Counted from the stretch's first letter, positions 38,950-51,320 are shown. The stretch is DNA of 64,000 nt from Vairimorpha necatrix (GCA_036630325.1 CP142729.1:868001-932000), one strand, 5' to 3'. The notes: a model not told the origin generated them from the letters alone. Numbers and translations are program-made.

Positions 38950-39372
38950 CTACAACCCTATTTCTCTTAGTCTTTTATAATACGTATCTAGTACATTCTT
39001 CTCAAATGTGCTTATTACTTCATCCTCAAAACTATTTTTCAGTTTCATGAGTATTGAGAAGTCGTCTATTACTCCACAATAAATATACATTTGTATTATA
39101 TAAGAGTCAACAGGACTGTTACAATCAAGAAATTGTAACTTGTCATTGATAAACTCGCAACTTGGAATACAGGAAAAATTGCTATACAAATTTTCAGTTG
39201 TAATGTTGGACATTACAACTAGATTATCAATAGCTCTTTCTTCTTTCCATGTAAGAGCCGGCTCGTTTTTTTTGTAAAAAGAAAAAAGATTCAAATTTTT
39301 GAGTTCGGAGTCCGCAGAAGAGTTTAAGTCAGAACTATTATTCATCAAAAATTTGTCTTTCTCAAATGACAT
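38950..39372 (-). CDS. Hypothetical protein, 140 aa (possibly the 5' part of a longer decayed gene)
   Basis: ORF is conserved in the inverted duplicate 63055-63477 with 3 aa differences. No recognisable domain. Confidence 0.45.
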   Translation of the reverse strand: MSFEKDKFLMNNSSDLNSSADSELKNLNLFSFYKKNEPALTWKEERAIDNLVVMSNITTENLYSNFSCIPSCEFINDKLQFLDCNSPVDSYIIQMYIYCGVIDDFSILMKLKNSFEDEVISTFEKNVLDTYYKRLREIGL

Positions 39373-40005
39373 GTGGAGTCAAAAATGTTTTTTATAAATA
39401 AAAGAAAGTTTCTATGGTAAATATTTTCTAGAAAGAGTATACTCGAAATTAATTATTGCAAAAAAATGTGTTGTAATGACCTCCATCACAAAGTAAATTC
39501 AAAAAATTGTTTTACTAATATTTAACAGTATGAATATGATCTGTACTTTAAAGTTGTCAAATGAATCATAAAAATGATATATTTGTTACATAAGATTCTT
39601 AACAGATATAAGTACTTAACACAATTGGGTTTAATATTATTACTGAATATAACATCCCCCTCCAGACGGTTAGTCTCCTTCAACATACTTTAAATCGCCT
39701 ACACCCTTAAGATCATAATGCCTTTTTTCACTTAACTTCCATTCTGTAATCACACTATATATGAATACCCTTGGCATAGCTCAATCACTCTTCCCATGTC
39801 TAAAAATCGACCCTTACTATACTTACTACATCCCTTTAAATTTTCATTCTTAGCAACCCTAACTATCTGGTTCCTTAAAAACTTTTCTCTGAACCAACTT
39901 TTAAACTGCTGCGCATACTTTCCCTCTGGACTATTTTCCATACTAACATTTCCTGTATTATCGGTTAGAGCTTCTACTGGCGTGCACTTAATACCAGCAT
40001 GAAAA

Positions 40006-41193
40006 GGATCAAGTCCATTATATGCCCAGAAAAAACTTAAGTCCATTATGTGCCCAGAGTTTGTAGTTAAGTCCATCATATGCCCAAATGTATAAATCGA
40101 TAATTTTAAAGACAAATACCAAAAACCAAAAATATAATGAATAATTTTAATCATGTTTTGCTGCCAACAAAACTGGTAGACTTCCCAACACATTTTCTAC
40201 GAACTCATTCTTAAACATAACCTCTTCCAAAAATCCGGGTAATTGGCCTTTCTTTATCCCACACATTGCCTTAATTTTTCCTTTTATTCTGTTCCATAAT
40301 GACTCGACTGTCTGTGTGTTAACTCCAGTCTCAGGTTGCACAAAATAAAATTTATGATTGACCATCTCATGATTAACCCCAAGCAAATTTTGAATTTCAA
40401 GATAAGCAGCCCAGCTGTCAGAATAAATAGTTGTGCCGGGCATGCATACATCGGTGATTATTGGATATAAAGTATTTCTTGTTCTATTGGGAACAATTTT
40501 TAAACTGAATCTTGCAGGGCCGATGCTTGTATCAACAATTCCGAATACCCATACCTGCCCACTTGGCCACCTACCGCGATTATATTTTGTTTTGTGTACA
40601 AACAGGCTTTCATCTATTTGGCATATTTTGCCTGGACCATCTAGTCTAATAGGGTTCTTAACAAAATATTTGCCACAAGAGTTCTTAATCTTCCAAATAT
40701 TTTAATGATCATCATTTTTTGAATGCAAAAGTCATTAGCTATATCCATAAACTGTTTTTCTGCTCATCAAAAATAAACGACAGTAAAAACATCGATTATA
40801 GCATTCTAAAATCCTTAAAAAAGGAACCATGTCTAATGCTTAAAGTGCTGCTATACATCAGACACAACTTATTTTTGCATGTCCAACAGGGACCATCTAC
40901 AGTTTCTTTTGGTCTTTCAACCATTTTCAATCCACAACCGCAACAAGACATTTCATTGAGAAGCATTTTCTTTCCCTAAGGTATTGAATGTGCTTCTCTA
41001 CACTAATTTGACGGAATATCATAAAGTTTTCGAAGTCAGAAAGTTCTCTTCGACTCATTAAAGGGTTAGCAACTTGCTTTTGAAAATTCAAAAAATTGAT
41101 AAAAAACTTAAGTCCATTATATGACTAGAGTTTTGAGTTAAGTTTATTATATGCCCCAAATTTCTAATCCTGGGCATATAATGGACTTGATCC
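40006..41193 (-). mobile_element. Merlin transposon M3, disrupted transposase
   Basis: Perfect 24-bp TIR GGATCAAGTCCATTATATGCCCAG. TSD CATGAAAA (39998-40005 / 41194-41201). Motifs QIDESL, YSDSW, VNH and NTQTVESLW. Confidence 0.95.
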
Positions 41194-43288
41194 CATGAAA
41201 ACTTAAATTATATTTCTCAATAGCTTCATAAACCTTGTTCTCGAATTTTCTTTTTGGCTCTTTAAAATACTATCTCTTACAGTTTTAATAACTCTTTCTA
41301 CTCTTCATTACTTCTGTTCGACTCAACGTTGACCTTTCTTTGAATAATATCCAAATTTCTACATAGCTCAGTAACTTTTTCGTTGCAAAACTCTTTACCA
41401 TTATCCGTAATGATTTCCTCTGGTTTTCTACCCTGTTTACACAAATCCTTAATAAATTCGACAATTCCAGATGCGTGCTTGCTCTTCAATGCTCTTCCTC
41501 CTAATCTCCTTGTAAAGTAATCAACTGCCAAAACAATAAACGCTTTCTCATCCCTGAATTCTATTAAATCTAAGCCAACCTTCCCTAAATATCTTGTTAT
41601 GTTTAAATCAGTACCGCCACTCGTTTTCTATTATAAATTTAAAAAGTCTTGCAATTCTTAAGTACCTTTTCAATCTGATCCTTAATTCCTGGCCAATAAT
41701 ACTGTTTCCTCAACTCATAATATACCGTTGTTCTGCTTCTGTGGCTCAAACTTACATCACAATCCATTATTAATCTCTCTTTGTCTTGTTCCAAAGGCAT
41801 CTCGCCTTCTCTACCACTATCAAATACCCCGTATTCTTTACCTTCTACAATTTTTACGTGCTTATTTCTTTTCCCTTCTATTTGTCTTTCAGGCGTTTTT
41901 CATTTCTCTTTTTCTTTTGTATATACCCTACTTAGCGCATCGGCCACGACCATATTTTCTGGAGTTCTATATTCTATCTCGAAATCAAATTTTTGTATCT
42001 TCTCGAACCAGCTATTAATTCTAGAATTCTTAAAGTCGGGTTTGTTTCTTATTTCGCCTAACGCTTTATGATCCGTTTCTATTCTAAATTTCCTACCTCT
42101 TAATTCGTATTCAAACTTTTTAACGCCCCCCCCCCCAAACTGTGTACATTTCTTTTTCCGATATTCCATAATTAACCTCCGTAACGGTGAACTTCTTAGA
42201 CGCCCACTGTACTGGCACCATTCTCATTGATTATTTTTCTGTAACAATACTGCACCCATGCCCCCTTTACTAGCGCCAGTCCTCAACAAAAATTCTTTAT
42301 CATAATCTGCTATTTGCAGCTTTCCTAAGCATTTTATAACTTCTTTTAAATTATTAATTCGTTATTCATATCATCTGTCCACTTCCAATTATCATTCTTC
42401 CCTTTATAATTGTCTGTCAACCTAACTGTCAATCCGGCGTAATTCATAATAAAATCTCCGAACCAACCCGTTATTCCAAAAAATCTTCTTACATCTGACA
42501 CGCATGTTGGTATCGGAAACTCCAGGGCTTCATTTTTCTTTATCTCTGACGGTATTATATCTTCTCCATTTAAAGTGACTCCCAATAATTTAACTTCCCG
42601 TTGACAAAACTGAACTTTATTGCATTCAGCTACATTTTTTCCCCTTCAGTCTATTTAATACTGTCTTCACTATTTGGTCGTGTTCTTCTATCGTTCGTCT
42701 GTACAACACAATATCGTCGATATACACCTCTACTCCTTTGCCTTTCATATCTCTAAAAATCTTAACCATAATTCTCTGCAATATCTGCGGGCCATTCTTA
42801 TAACGCATAACCATGGAGTTCCATTTATTAATCTTGCCATTAAAATTAAACGCCGTCTTATGTTTATCCTCCTCCTCTATCTCAATACTATAGAAGGCCT
42901 CTTTTAAGTCGAAAACCGTCATATATTTTGCACCTTGTGTAGCTCTTACAACATCTCTTATGTTAGACAATCTATACTCGTCCTTTTCTACAATATCGTT
43001 CAATGCCATCAAATTACTAACCAGTCTTATCTCATCATTTGGCTTTCTTATTGACCTTATAGGATTCCTCCAACTTGAATTTGACTCTCTTATCACTTTC
43101 CTTTTATATAAATCTTCTAGATGTAGCTCTGTATCTTTTATCAACGCCTGCGGAACCATTTGTCCCTTTTTAAATACCTTCATACCCGCTTCAGTATTAA
43201 TTTTACATTTTTCCAGTTTACAATATTTTATCTCCTCTTTTCCTAACTTAAAAACCTCTCCAAAACTCTTAGCATACTTATCTAAATT

Positions 43289-44550
43289 GGTTAAGTTCTC
43301 GACTTACCCCCCCCCCCCCACCCCTAAAAAAAATAAAAAAAAATAAAAAAGGGGGAAAAAATAAAAAAAAGGGGAAAAAATAAAAAAAATAAAAAATTTG
43401 ACCCATAATGAGAATTAAAGAATTTAGAAAACTCATCTATAAAAAAAATGAGTTAATGCAATTTTTAATTGCAAAAAACATTTTGAGGGTCCCTATGTGC
43501 AATAAATGCAATATACCAATGACTCAAAATCGGACCAACACTGAAAACTATCGTTGTTATTCAAGACGTGATGGTAAAAAGTGTTCTAACAAAGGAACCA
43601 TAATGAAACAAAGCGTTTTTAAGAACTCAAAATTGCCTATTGAGGATCTTTTAATATTGCTTTGCGAATGGGTAAAGGGTTCAAGTAATTCGGCCGCCAC
43701 GTTAGAACTTCATATAGGTAAATGTATGGTATCAAGATGGTTTACGCGTTTTAATAACGCCGTGTAAGTCTCCTATTCAACATATATAAACAATCAAACG
43801 ATTGGCGGCGTCGGTTGTATTGTTGAAATTGATGAAACTTTACTTGTAAAAAGTAAAAACCATGCGGGAAGGGTTCTTCAATATCAAGTATGGGCAGTTG
43901 GAGACGTTGTGAGAGGGGATGCGAATTCTTTTTTCTATGAGATCGTAGAAAATAGAACAAGAGCTACTCTTGTTGAATTAATTACAAGAAAAATTGCTCC
44001 GGGGACCACAATTGTGACAGATTGTTGGCGTGGATATAGTGATATTCAAACAATCTGTGTAGAATATGAGTATCTACATTTGACTGTGAATCACAGCCAA
44101 AATTTTGTTGATAATATAACTGGTGCGCATACTCAGACTATAGAGGGAATGTGGTCGGTTATTAAAAGAGAACTAAGAAAAGGCGGAACTAGTCATGGTA
44201 CTATTATGAATCTTGTAAGAAAGATTTACATTAACAGATTCAAATTAATATATCGTGAAAATCTGCTAGATAAAATGTTAGAATTTTTTCAAATAGGTAA
44301 TTTTAGTATTGTAGCTTATGATATTATTCCTGAAATAGACTTTACAATTGTGGAATAATTTTTTTTTTTTTTTTTTTTTTTTGGGGGGGGGGGGTAAGGG
44401 GGGTTAAGTCGAGAATTAAACGTTTTTTTTATTTTTTTTATTTTTCCCCCTTTTTTTTTATTTTTTCCCCTTTTTTTTATTTTTTCCCCCTTTTTTATTT
44501 TTTTTTATTTTTTTTAGGGGTGGGGGGGGGGGTAAGTCGAGAACTTAACC
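43289..44550 (+). mobile_element. Merlin transposon M4; transposase 43408-44358 with one in-frame TAA (43765-43767)
   Basis: ~100-bp TIRs starting GGTTAAGTTCTCGACTTACCCC. TSD TCTAAATT (43281-43288 / 44551-44558). Motifs VEIDET, VTDCW and HTQTIEGMW. Confidence 0.95.
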
Positions 44551-45828
44551 TCTAAATTTAATCTGATTCTCTTACTCTCCTCTTTAACGGCATATTCTTT
44601 TTGATTTTTCTCAAATTTGACTCTAAGTCCTCCTTTTGATCTTCTAAAATCTCGCTCCTGACTTGACTCTGATTCACTACCTACTTCCATTTTGCAACTG
44701 TTATCCTTGTTATTCTTTTTATAATAATTATCTCTATTAATCTTCAGTCTGCATTCAAACACCCTATGCCCTTGTCTATCACAATAGAAGCATCTCGGTA
44801 CTTTCGATTTTTGTCTTGGTTGTTCTCTACTAATTTCTTCATTTATAGTCCTAGAAATAATTTTTCTCATTTCCTCATATATCTTTTCTTCCTCCTCTAC
44901 TTCCTTAATCCTTAACAATAGCTTCTTCCTTATTCCTTCAATATTTTCTTCCTTTTTGATATTTCTCACAATAAAATCTTTTAAATCCATCGAAGCCAAC
45001 TTGAACAGCTCACTCTTCCATTTCTCTCTATCCACATCTCTCAAATCCAATTCATACAATATACGCTCTAACTCCTGTAACATCTTTCTGGCCACTTGGC
45101 CACAGTTTTTTGTTGTTTTTTTCTTGCAAGTAAGAGGTAGGGGGGGAAACCTTACATAGGGACCAGAGGGATTTGGGTGTGATCCTCATCCAACTTGTAC
45201 TGTGAGATTCTTACTCACTAAAACTCCCTTTATACAACTTGCCGGTGCAGCAAGCTCCGCCGTATCCATTGGACTTTGGCTCCAAAAGAACACTTTCCAT
45301 TTATACCTCAAATCGCGTCCAGAGTGACCTCGCAGCGGATATACTTTACAGGCATTGTTAGCTATAACCCGAGGAGAGATATCATCGTACTGATTCAAAG
45401 GTCCCTACAATCATCTGTATTGCACACACACGCCCTTTACACGACCACATCACCAGCCCGGCGTTTTTATTGGGCTGCGTTGACGACCAGTTTCCCACTA
45501 GTTTCGGCCACCGTGTTACAGAATCTTGTAGGATAGGGTCCACGAGACCTTCTATTGCCCTACTTCGTCTATTCTCTTTGTTAGCTCTAGGATCCCACTC
45601 TAGAGTGCACAAGCCATGGGCTCCAACTAGGCCGTACCCATTAGATACTTTTATGTACCATTAAGTCACCACAAGGGTGATGCTGTTTTTTTGGCTTTGA
45701 GGTGCGTTTCTACACTAGATGCTAATCCCTTTGTGGCTGGACACGCTCGAATTTTAATGATTCAACTTAAATATTTTCGAACATTTTCATGGCCCGAGTT
45801 GTTCCAATTACATTATAAAAGTTGAAAC

Positions 45829-48226
45829 TGTCAAGTGACAGATCTCCAGTGGTCCTAAGATTGCCCTGGAGCTCAGAGAATACGATTCTATAAGTATTCT
45901 CTTTCTTCTCCCAACTATGTTTATGGAGGGGAAATGTATAATATTTTCCCGCCTATAAATATAAAAGAAAATCATACCCAGAAGGGTATGAAGAATAATA
46001 AAAATATTAGTTTAAAACATTCTTCTCGGACTGATGGGAAACCATCAGTCCACAATGGTGGTAACGGTGACGAGGATTTGAACGATCACCTAAATAGTCT
46101 TATCATTCACATGAAGAAAATATGTCTGAGCAAGAGGTGGACAGAATTTAACGGCGAAAATCCAAAACAAGCCGAAGATTTTTTAACTCAGTTCCGCGAA
46201 ATTGAGGACGTGTATACGCAAGAGAAAACGCTAGATATTGCCAAATCTAAACTTAAAGGCAAGGCGTTAACATGGTTCAGAGCGTTCGAGGGTGATGAAA
46301 TTACAGACTATGATTCATTCAAAACCCAGTTTAAAAAAAAGTATTTAAAAGAGAAACTAACAGAAGATATAGCAGATAGGTTCATGCATCTATATGTGGA
46401 AGGTCCAAAGGAAAGCGACATTTTAAGTTACGCTTATGACCTCAAAAGATATGCAAAAGGAAACCCTGAATATTTTGCCAGATCAAAGATTTCTATAGGA
46501 AGGAACTCCCCTGATAAGTTGAAGGAGCCTATTGAAGAAACGAAAGATTGGTTGGAATTGCTGGAATTAGTTGAGAACAAACAAACTCTTATAAATTATC
46601 ATTTAAACAAAAAGAAAACATTTAGTAGAAAACCATCTTATGAAGCTATCTCACGAGAAAAAAAAGATAATAAAATTTGTGGAGAAAAAGCAGAACAAGT
46701 AAATTCTGCCATGCTTTTAAGGATAGGAGAAATGAAATCGACTACTAAACTACAAGATATCCGCCCGAGGATAAATCTATATTCGGGAACGATAAAATTT
46801 TCCGCTCTTATTGATACCGGATCTCAAGTGAATCTCATTAGTAAAACAATGATTCAAAAACTGAAATTAAAACCAACAAAAGAAACTCTTACGGTTGAAG
46901 GAATAGGGGGCCAGGTCAAATCAGGAGGAAAAATACAAGTCTTTATAAAGAGGCCCAAGATCAAGAAAAATGAAATGATCGAGGCTTACGTAATAGATAA
47001 ATTACCGGAAGACTTTATAATTGGCATAGTAGATGCCAAGAAACTAAATCTACTCAAAAGGTTTGATAAAATAGATGGCGCTATAACAACGAAATCTGTC
47101 TGCACAACGGGAAAAATATCCGAAACACATCTAACAGACATTGTAAAAGAAAATTACTTTCAAGAAGGAAAAGAAAAAAGTTATAAACTTGCCATAGTAC
47201 ATTCGAAGGCTTTCCATATTAAAGACCAAAACTTAAGCTTTAGTAGTAGCAATGTTATAGATGAGCTAAAGGATTGTCCGGAATTTAAGTGCATCCAACA
47301 TAGGAGACCATTAGGTCAAAGGGAAGCGATAAGAGTCAAGCCCAAAGTGCTTTTGAGTAAAACTGAAAAGGAAGAAACTGTATCGACCTTTACTCTCCCG
47401 GTCGCTCCAATCACAGCATCTTTCAGTGACATGGTAATTTGTAATGACAAGGGAAAACTTAACAGAAGTAAAAAAAAGAGTTTTACCCACATCCTTTAAT
47501 ACATAATTACATGATCCACCCGTATTTACAAACTTTGAATTGGAGTTAAAATACCTACATCTAAATACCTGGGGGAAAGGCAGAGAACATATACCTCACA
47601 AAAAAAAGGAGGAAAAAAATTTACAGGGGCAGTATGCTACCGGAGTTTAATTTTATGATAAATGGATGGCGTAAAAATTACGACGAAGGTTTAGAAGTGC
47701 CTCGCTACACACATATCATTTACACGATGATTAAACCAGGAGAGGAAACAGGAATAGTTATAAAAAATGAGAAATTAGGTGTTCATAAACTACAAAACAC
47801 AATACAAAGGCGAAACCCGCCGATAAATCTCAATATAAAAGTGATTGATAAAAGGGAAAAGTCATATATTACCCCTGTAGCCAAAATAAAGCGAGCCTAT
47901 AATTCATGTAACCTAAATAAGGACGCAGTCACTATTTACTGCAAGTACTTTAAGATGTGTCGTCAAATGGGAACCTAGGAGGCTTTAAAGAAGAGGGGAG
48001 TGTCAAGTGACAGATCTCCAGTGGTCCTAAGATTGCCCTGGAGCTCAGAGAATACGATTCTATAAGTATTCTCTTTCTTCTCCCAACTATGTTTATGGAG
48101 GGGAAATGTATAATATTTTCCCGCCTATAAATATAAAAGAAAATCATACCCAGAAGGGTATGAAGAATAATAAAAATATTAGTTTAAAACATTCTTCTCG
48201 GACTGATGGGAAACCATCAGTCCACA
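45829..48226 (+). mobile_element. Young non-autonomous LTR element D (Gag-protease only, TR-GAG-like; 2.4 kb)
   Basis: 226-bp LTRs (45829-46054, 48001-48226), identical by eye. TSD GAAAC. PBS TGGTGGTAAC and a purine PPT ending at 48000. Empty site in SINE copy A (~14880-14900). Confidence 0.95.
45934..47499 (+). CDS. Gag-aspartic protease polyprotein with a degenerate RT N-terminal stub
   Basis: Retrotransposon Gag signature (FNGENP...LKGKALTWF) and LIDTGS protease. Tail PLGQREAI...STFTLPVAPI resembles a decayed RT start. No YxDD. The start may be ATG 45988. Confidence 0.85.
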   Translation: MYNIFPPINIKENHTQKGMKNNKNISLKHSSRTDGKPSVHNGGNGDEDLNDHLNSLIIHMKKICLSKRWTEFNGENPKQAEDFLTQFREIEDVYTQEKTLDIAKSKLKGKALTWFRAFEGDEITDYDSFKTQFKKKYLKEKLTEDIADRFMHLYVEGPKESDILSYAYDLKRYAKGNPEYFARSKISIGRNSPDKLKEPIEETKDWLELLELVENKQTLINYHLNKKKTFSRKPSYEAISREKKDNKICGEKAEQVNSAMLLRIGEMKSTTKLQDIRPRINLYSGTIKFSALIDTGSQVNLISKTMIQKLKLKPTKETLTVEGIGGQVKSGGKIQVFIKRPKIKKNEMIEAYVIDKLPEDFIIGIVDAKKLNLLKRFDKIDGAITTKSVCTTGKISETHLTDIVKENYFQEGKEKSYKLAIVHSKAFHIKDQNLSFSSSNVIDELKDCPEFKCIQHRRPLGQREAIRVKPKVLLSKTEKEETVSTFTLPVAPITASFSDMVICNDKGKLNRSKKKSFTHIL

Positions 48227-48312
48227 GAAACAATTTGACCTTCTGAAATTCGAACCCAGCCATTGCTCAATGAAAGCATCGACTTCAAACACTTTGCTAG
48301 GGGCTTTTTTAA

Positions 48313-49609
48313 CTATTTCGTATAAGAACTGGTTACTTTAGAAATTTTATAATCTACAATTCTTAAGTATTTCAGAAGCAATTTACAATAATTTATACAG
48401 TAGCTTCTGTTGAACCGATTTCTGAAATGGTTAATAGCAATTGTTTCATTATTTTCCACAACCCCCCCCCCCCAACTGTCAAATCTGTAGGTAGATAGAA
48501 GAAGGGATAGGCGATAACATTTCAAATAAAAATTCAAGTGCATACTCATGCTTCCCTTCCTCAGTCATCACTCTTCCTACAATGTAAAGTATATATGGAT
48601 CATAGACTTCGCTTTAAAGATCTTAATTACAATACTCTAATTCCTTCAAAATGCTCTTTAAGGAGAGTTTGATGACAACTGTCTCGTTATGACATTTGTA
48701 AATATTTTTTATTGCGTCATTATTTTTTTCAAAAAATTGAGCCAGTTGTAAGATCTAGCAGCGAGAAGATTCTGCTTGCTGGGAACCATAAATTAATTTG
48801 TGATCTTTGAACACTATTCTGTGTTCTCGGCGATCTCTTAGATATGCGCCATCTGGAGGTTGACATCGTCGTTTAATCAATCAAACTTTACGAATGATTC
48901 TAAAAATTTGAAAACTCCAAGCGCATCTATAAATTTTCTCTCCTTTTTGTAACAGATCCCTATTCTGTACATAATTTCAAAACTTTCTGGAGTCTCACAA
49001 CGGCAGATAGAATTAGGATAAACCACACCGGGACAAAACAAAGTTTTTTTAAAGATCGTAAATTAATCCTAGACCGTAGAAGAGGAATACATCATATGAC
49101 GATGTATTTAAATACGATAAAAAATTATCGTAGGCTTCTACGTCCTGACCCGTCTTTAACAAAATATGCCCTTCTAAAATAGTGGCACATATTTGTTTCG
49201 GGTCCACGGATCTAATTTTATCTACTATCTCTTTTGGTTAATTCTAAATTGTCCTGTTGCAAGAAGCATTTCCCAAAAACGTAGAGAGGATTTATGTTCT
49301 TGGGATTGACCAATAATGCTTCATTACAACATTTAGTGGACTCCCGTATATTAAGATATATCTTGTTTTTTTTTGGATTTGAACCTTCTTACTTTTTTCA
49401 AGGTTTTCGAATGCCATTCCCATTTGTAAGTAATTGGCTTCCATCATATAGAAGGCGATCCCCTAGGAGTCTTTATGAACATTTGGTATTTATTAACCAG
49501 TACTATGGTGAATAGTCGTCGTTTGTAAAATTTATAGCAATTATTTGATTTTGTCCTTTTCCAATCGAAAAGCAGGGGTTAAAAAAAAATTATTTTTTAG
49601 AAAGTTCAT
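48313..49609 (-). pseudogene. TPR-repeat protein pseudogene, copy D
   Basis: Near-identical to copy A up to ~49440, then resembles copy E. Confidence 0.65.
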
Positions 49610-49862
49610 TGATGTGTTTGACAGATAAATAATATTACTCTTTAGTCAAAAAATCGTTTAGAGATGTCGATTAAATGATCTAAATAGAAACAATGCGCGA
49701 TTCTACGCATTTTAATTATGATTTAACTAGACTACAATTTATCTAATTGAAAGATGCGTGAGAAAAACTAATTGATTTTGGAAACATTCATCTGATAAAA
49801 AAACCAAGTATGTTAAGATCAACTTAAAATTGTTTAACACATATTTTTTGAAATTTATTAAA

Positions 49863-50886
49863 GGCTAAAGTTCACTTAGACACGTAAAAATCGATATAGG
49901 CTTTTTTTGTTTTTTTTGCCCCTTTTTTTCAATAATGGAGGAGAGAAAATGTTAAGGAAGGAACAAAAAAAAAACAAGTAGAATAAAAATTTTAATAATT
50001 CATCAAAGACGGAACCCGAGGAATTTCTAAGGAGCATATACCTAAACAAATAAATTTTAGCGCTATTTGCTAACCTATTTCTATTGGGTATGGAATTTTT
50101 GAGGGAACGCCAATTACCTTCTATAGTATTGGTATGAACTCCCGTATTTGGATCCCTGAAATGCAATGAGTGATTAACCATGTGGTGTTCATTGAATATT
50201 GTATTCAAAGAATGGTAAGCCCTCCACATATCGCTTTATATAGTACTTTTCGTACTTACATATTTCACTAAAAGATTAGTAAGCGTTTCTTTATTTCGTT
50301 TTTTAATATATAGTATTATGATTTTTCGTTCGATGGTACGTTCGACCATGCCAAAACACCAGAAGCCCTTCACTAATTTAACTCTATGGTTTTTATTCTT
50401 TCCAACTTTTGTCTCATCAATTTCAACTATTATACCTTCTCCGCCCATAATACTTAGAGAAGATAAATACTTGTCGTAAATATTCATTTCTTTTAATTTT
50501 TTTAATAATAATGTTATGTGTTTTTTTGAACAATCTAAAATTTGAGAGATATGCTTTCGAGAATAACCAAGAACCCACATATTAAGTATCTGCATACATT
50601 ATATATGGTTGAGTTTACAATTATCGAAGAACGTATCATGCCAGATGGAAATCGATTTTTTACAACCTTTCCAAGTACATTTTAAGTTATAACTGCCTTT
50701 TCTTTCTTTCCTCATTCTATTAGAACATATATCACAAGATTGATCTTGTAATTTGATTATTAAATTATTACATTTGATTTCAATTTCTTCTCTTGTATGA
50801 ATTCTCTCCTCCATTTTTGAAAAAAAGGGGCAAAAAAAAAACCGAAACCCTATACCGATTTTTGCGTGTCTAAGTGAACTTTAGCC
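49863..50886 (-). mobile_element. Merlin transposon M5; transposase (from ATG 50814) in one frame with two TAA stops
   Basis: ~85-bp TIRs starting GGCTAAAGTTCACTTAGACACG. TSD TTATTAAA / TTATTTAA. Motifs VEIDETK and HTNTIEGNW. Confidence 0.93.
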
Positions 50887-51320
50887 TTATTTAAAACTCA
50901 TCCCTAAAAACGTCTATTTATATGGTATTTTCTTTTTGTAAAAATCACACGTTCATATTTAAAACATTTCCTGTCAGAGTACAGTTTTTTAAAACATTTG
51001 AACAAATAAATACAATCTCATTTTCCTAACATAAATTTTTGGCAAATTTAAAATAAAAGTCTTTTATCATCAAAGGGTTAAATAATCGACTGGGGATGTT
51101 TAAGGAGAATAGTAAACTAATGAATATGTTGAAGTTTATACAAATTTAATTTTTTTTGTCATCAAATATTCAGAGTCACAAATATAATTACGAACAGATG
51201 TTCCTTTTTAATGAACCAATGCTTCAAACACGTTGTATTTTTATACAAATAAGTAAATACTCAAAACGGTTTAGATGGTAGACTTGTTATTTGATCTTTG
51301 TTCGTAAAAATATTTGTTAA

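Larger units (their letters stand above)
39655..45105 (-). mobile_element. Degraded Ty3/gypsy element F (Gag-RT-RNase H-IN), interrupted by two Merlins; 5' end cut off at SINE copy D
   Basis: CFYCDRQGHRVFEC knuckle, RT DLKEAFY/YIDD (42626-43183), ETDHKAL, integrase VDYFTR/TDNGKEF. PPT GGAGGGGGA near 39655-39663. No LTR pair resolved. Confidence 0.85.
45106..48305 (-). mobile_element. SINE copy D, split by LTR element D
   Basis: Body 45106-45828, head ~48232-48305. Near-identical to copy A from ~45580 onward. Confidence 0.85.

Noticed and set aside
45440-45520. Hammerhead-ribozyme-like fold in the SINE body (GGCC-GAA-ACTAGT-loop-ACTGGTC on the minus strand of copy D)
   Set aside because: Stem III and GUC are present only in copy D (GUG in copies 1 and A), and the CUGANGA core reads GUGAUGU. 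Twister and HDV resemblances were also only partial. An Infernal scan would settle it.
43765-50601. In-frame TAA/TGA stops in otherwise open TE ORFs, suggesting stop-codon reassignment
   Set aside because: The expected residues differ between sites (e.g. Tyr in TI*SD), other copies are frameshifted, and intact ORFs end in TAA/TGA. Ordinary nonsense decay explains it.
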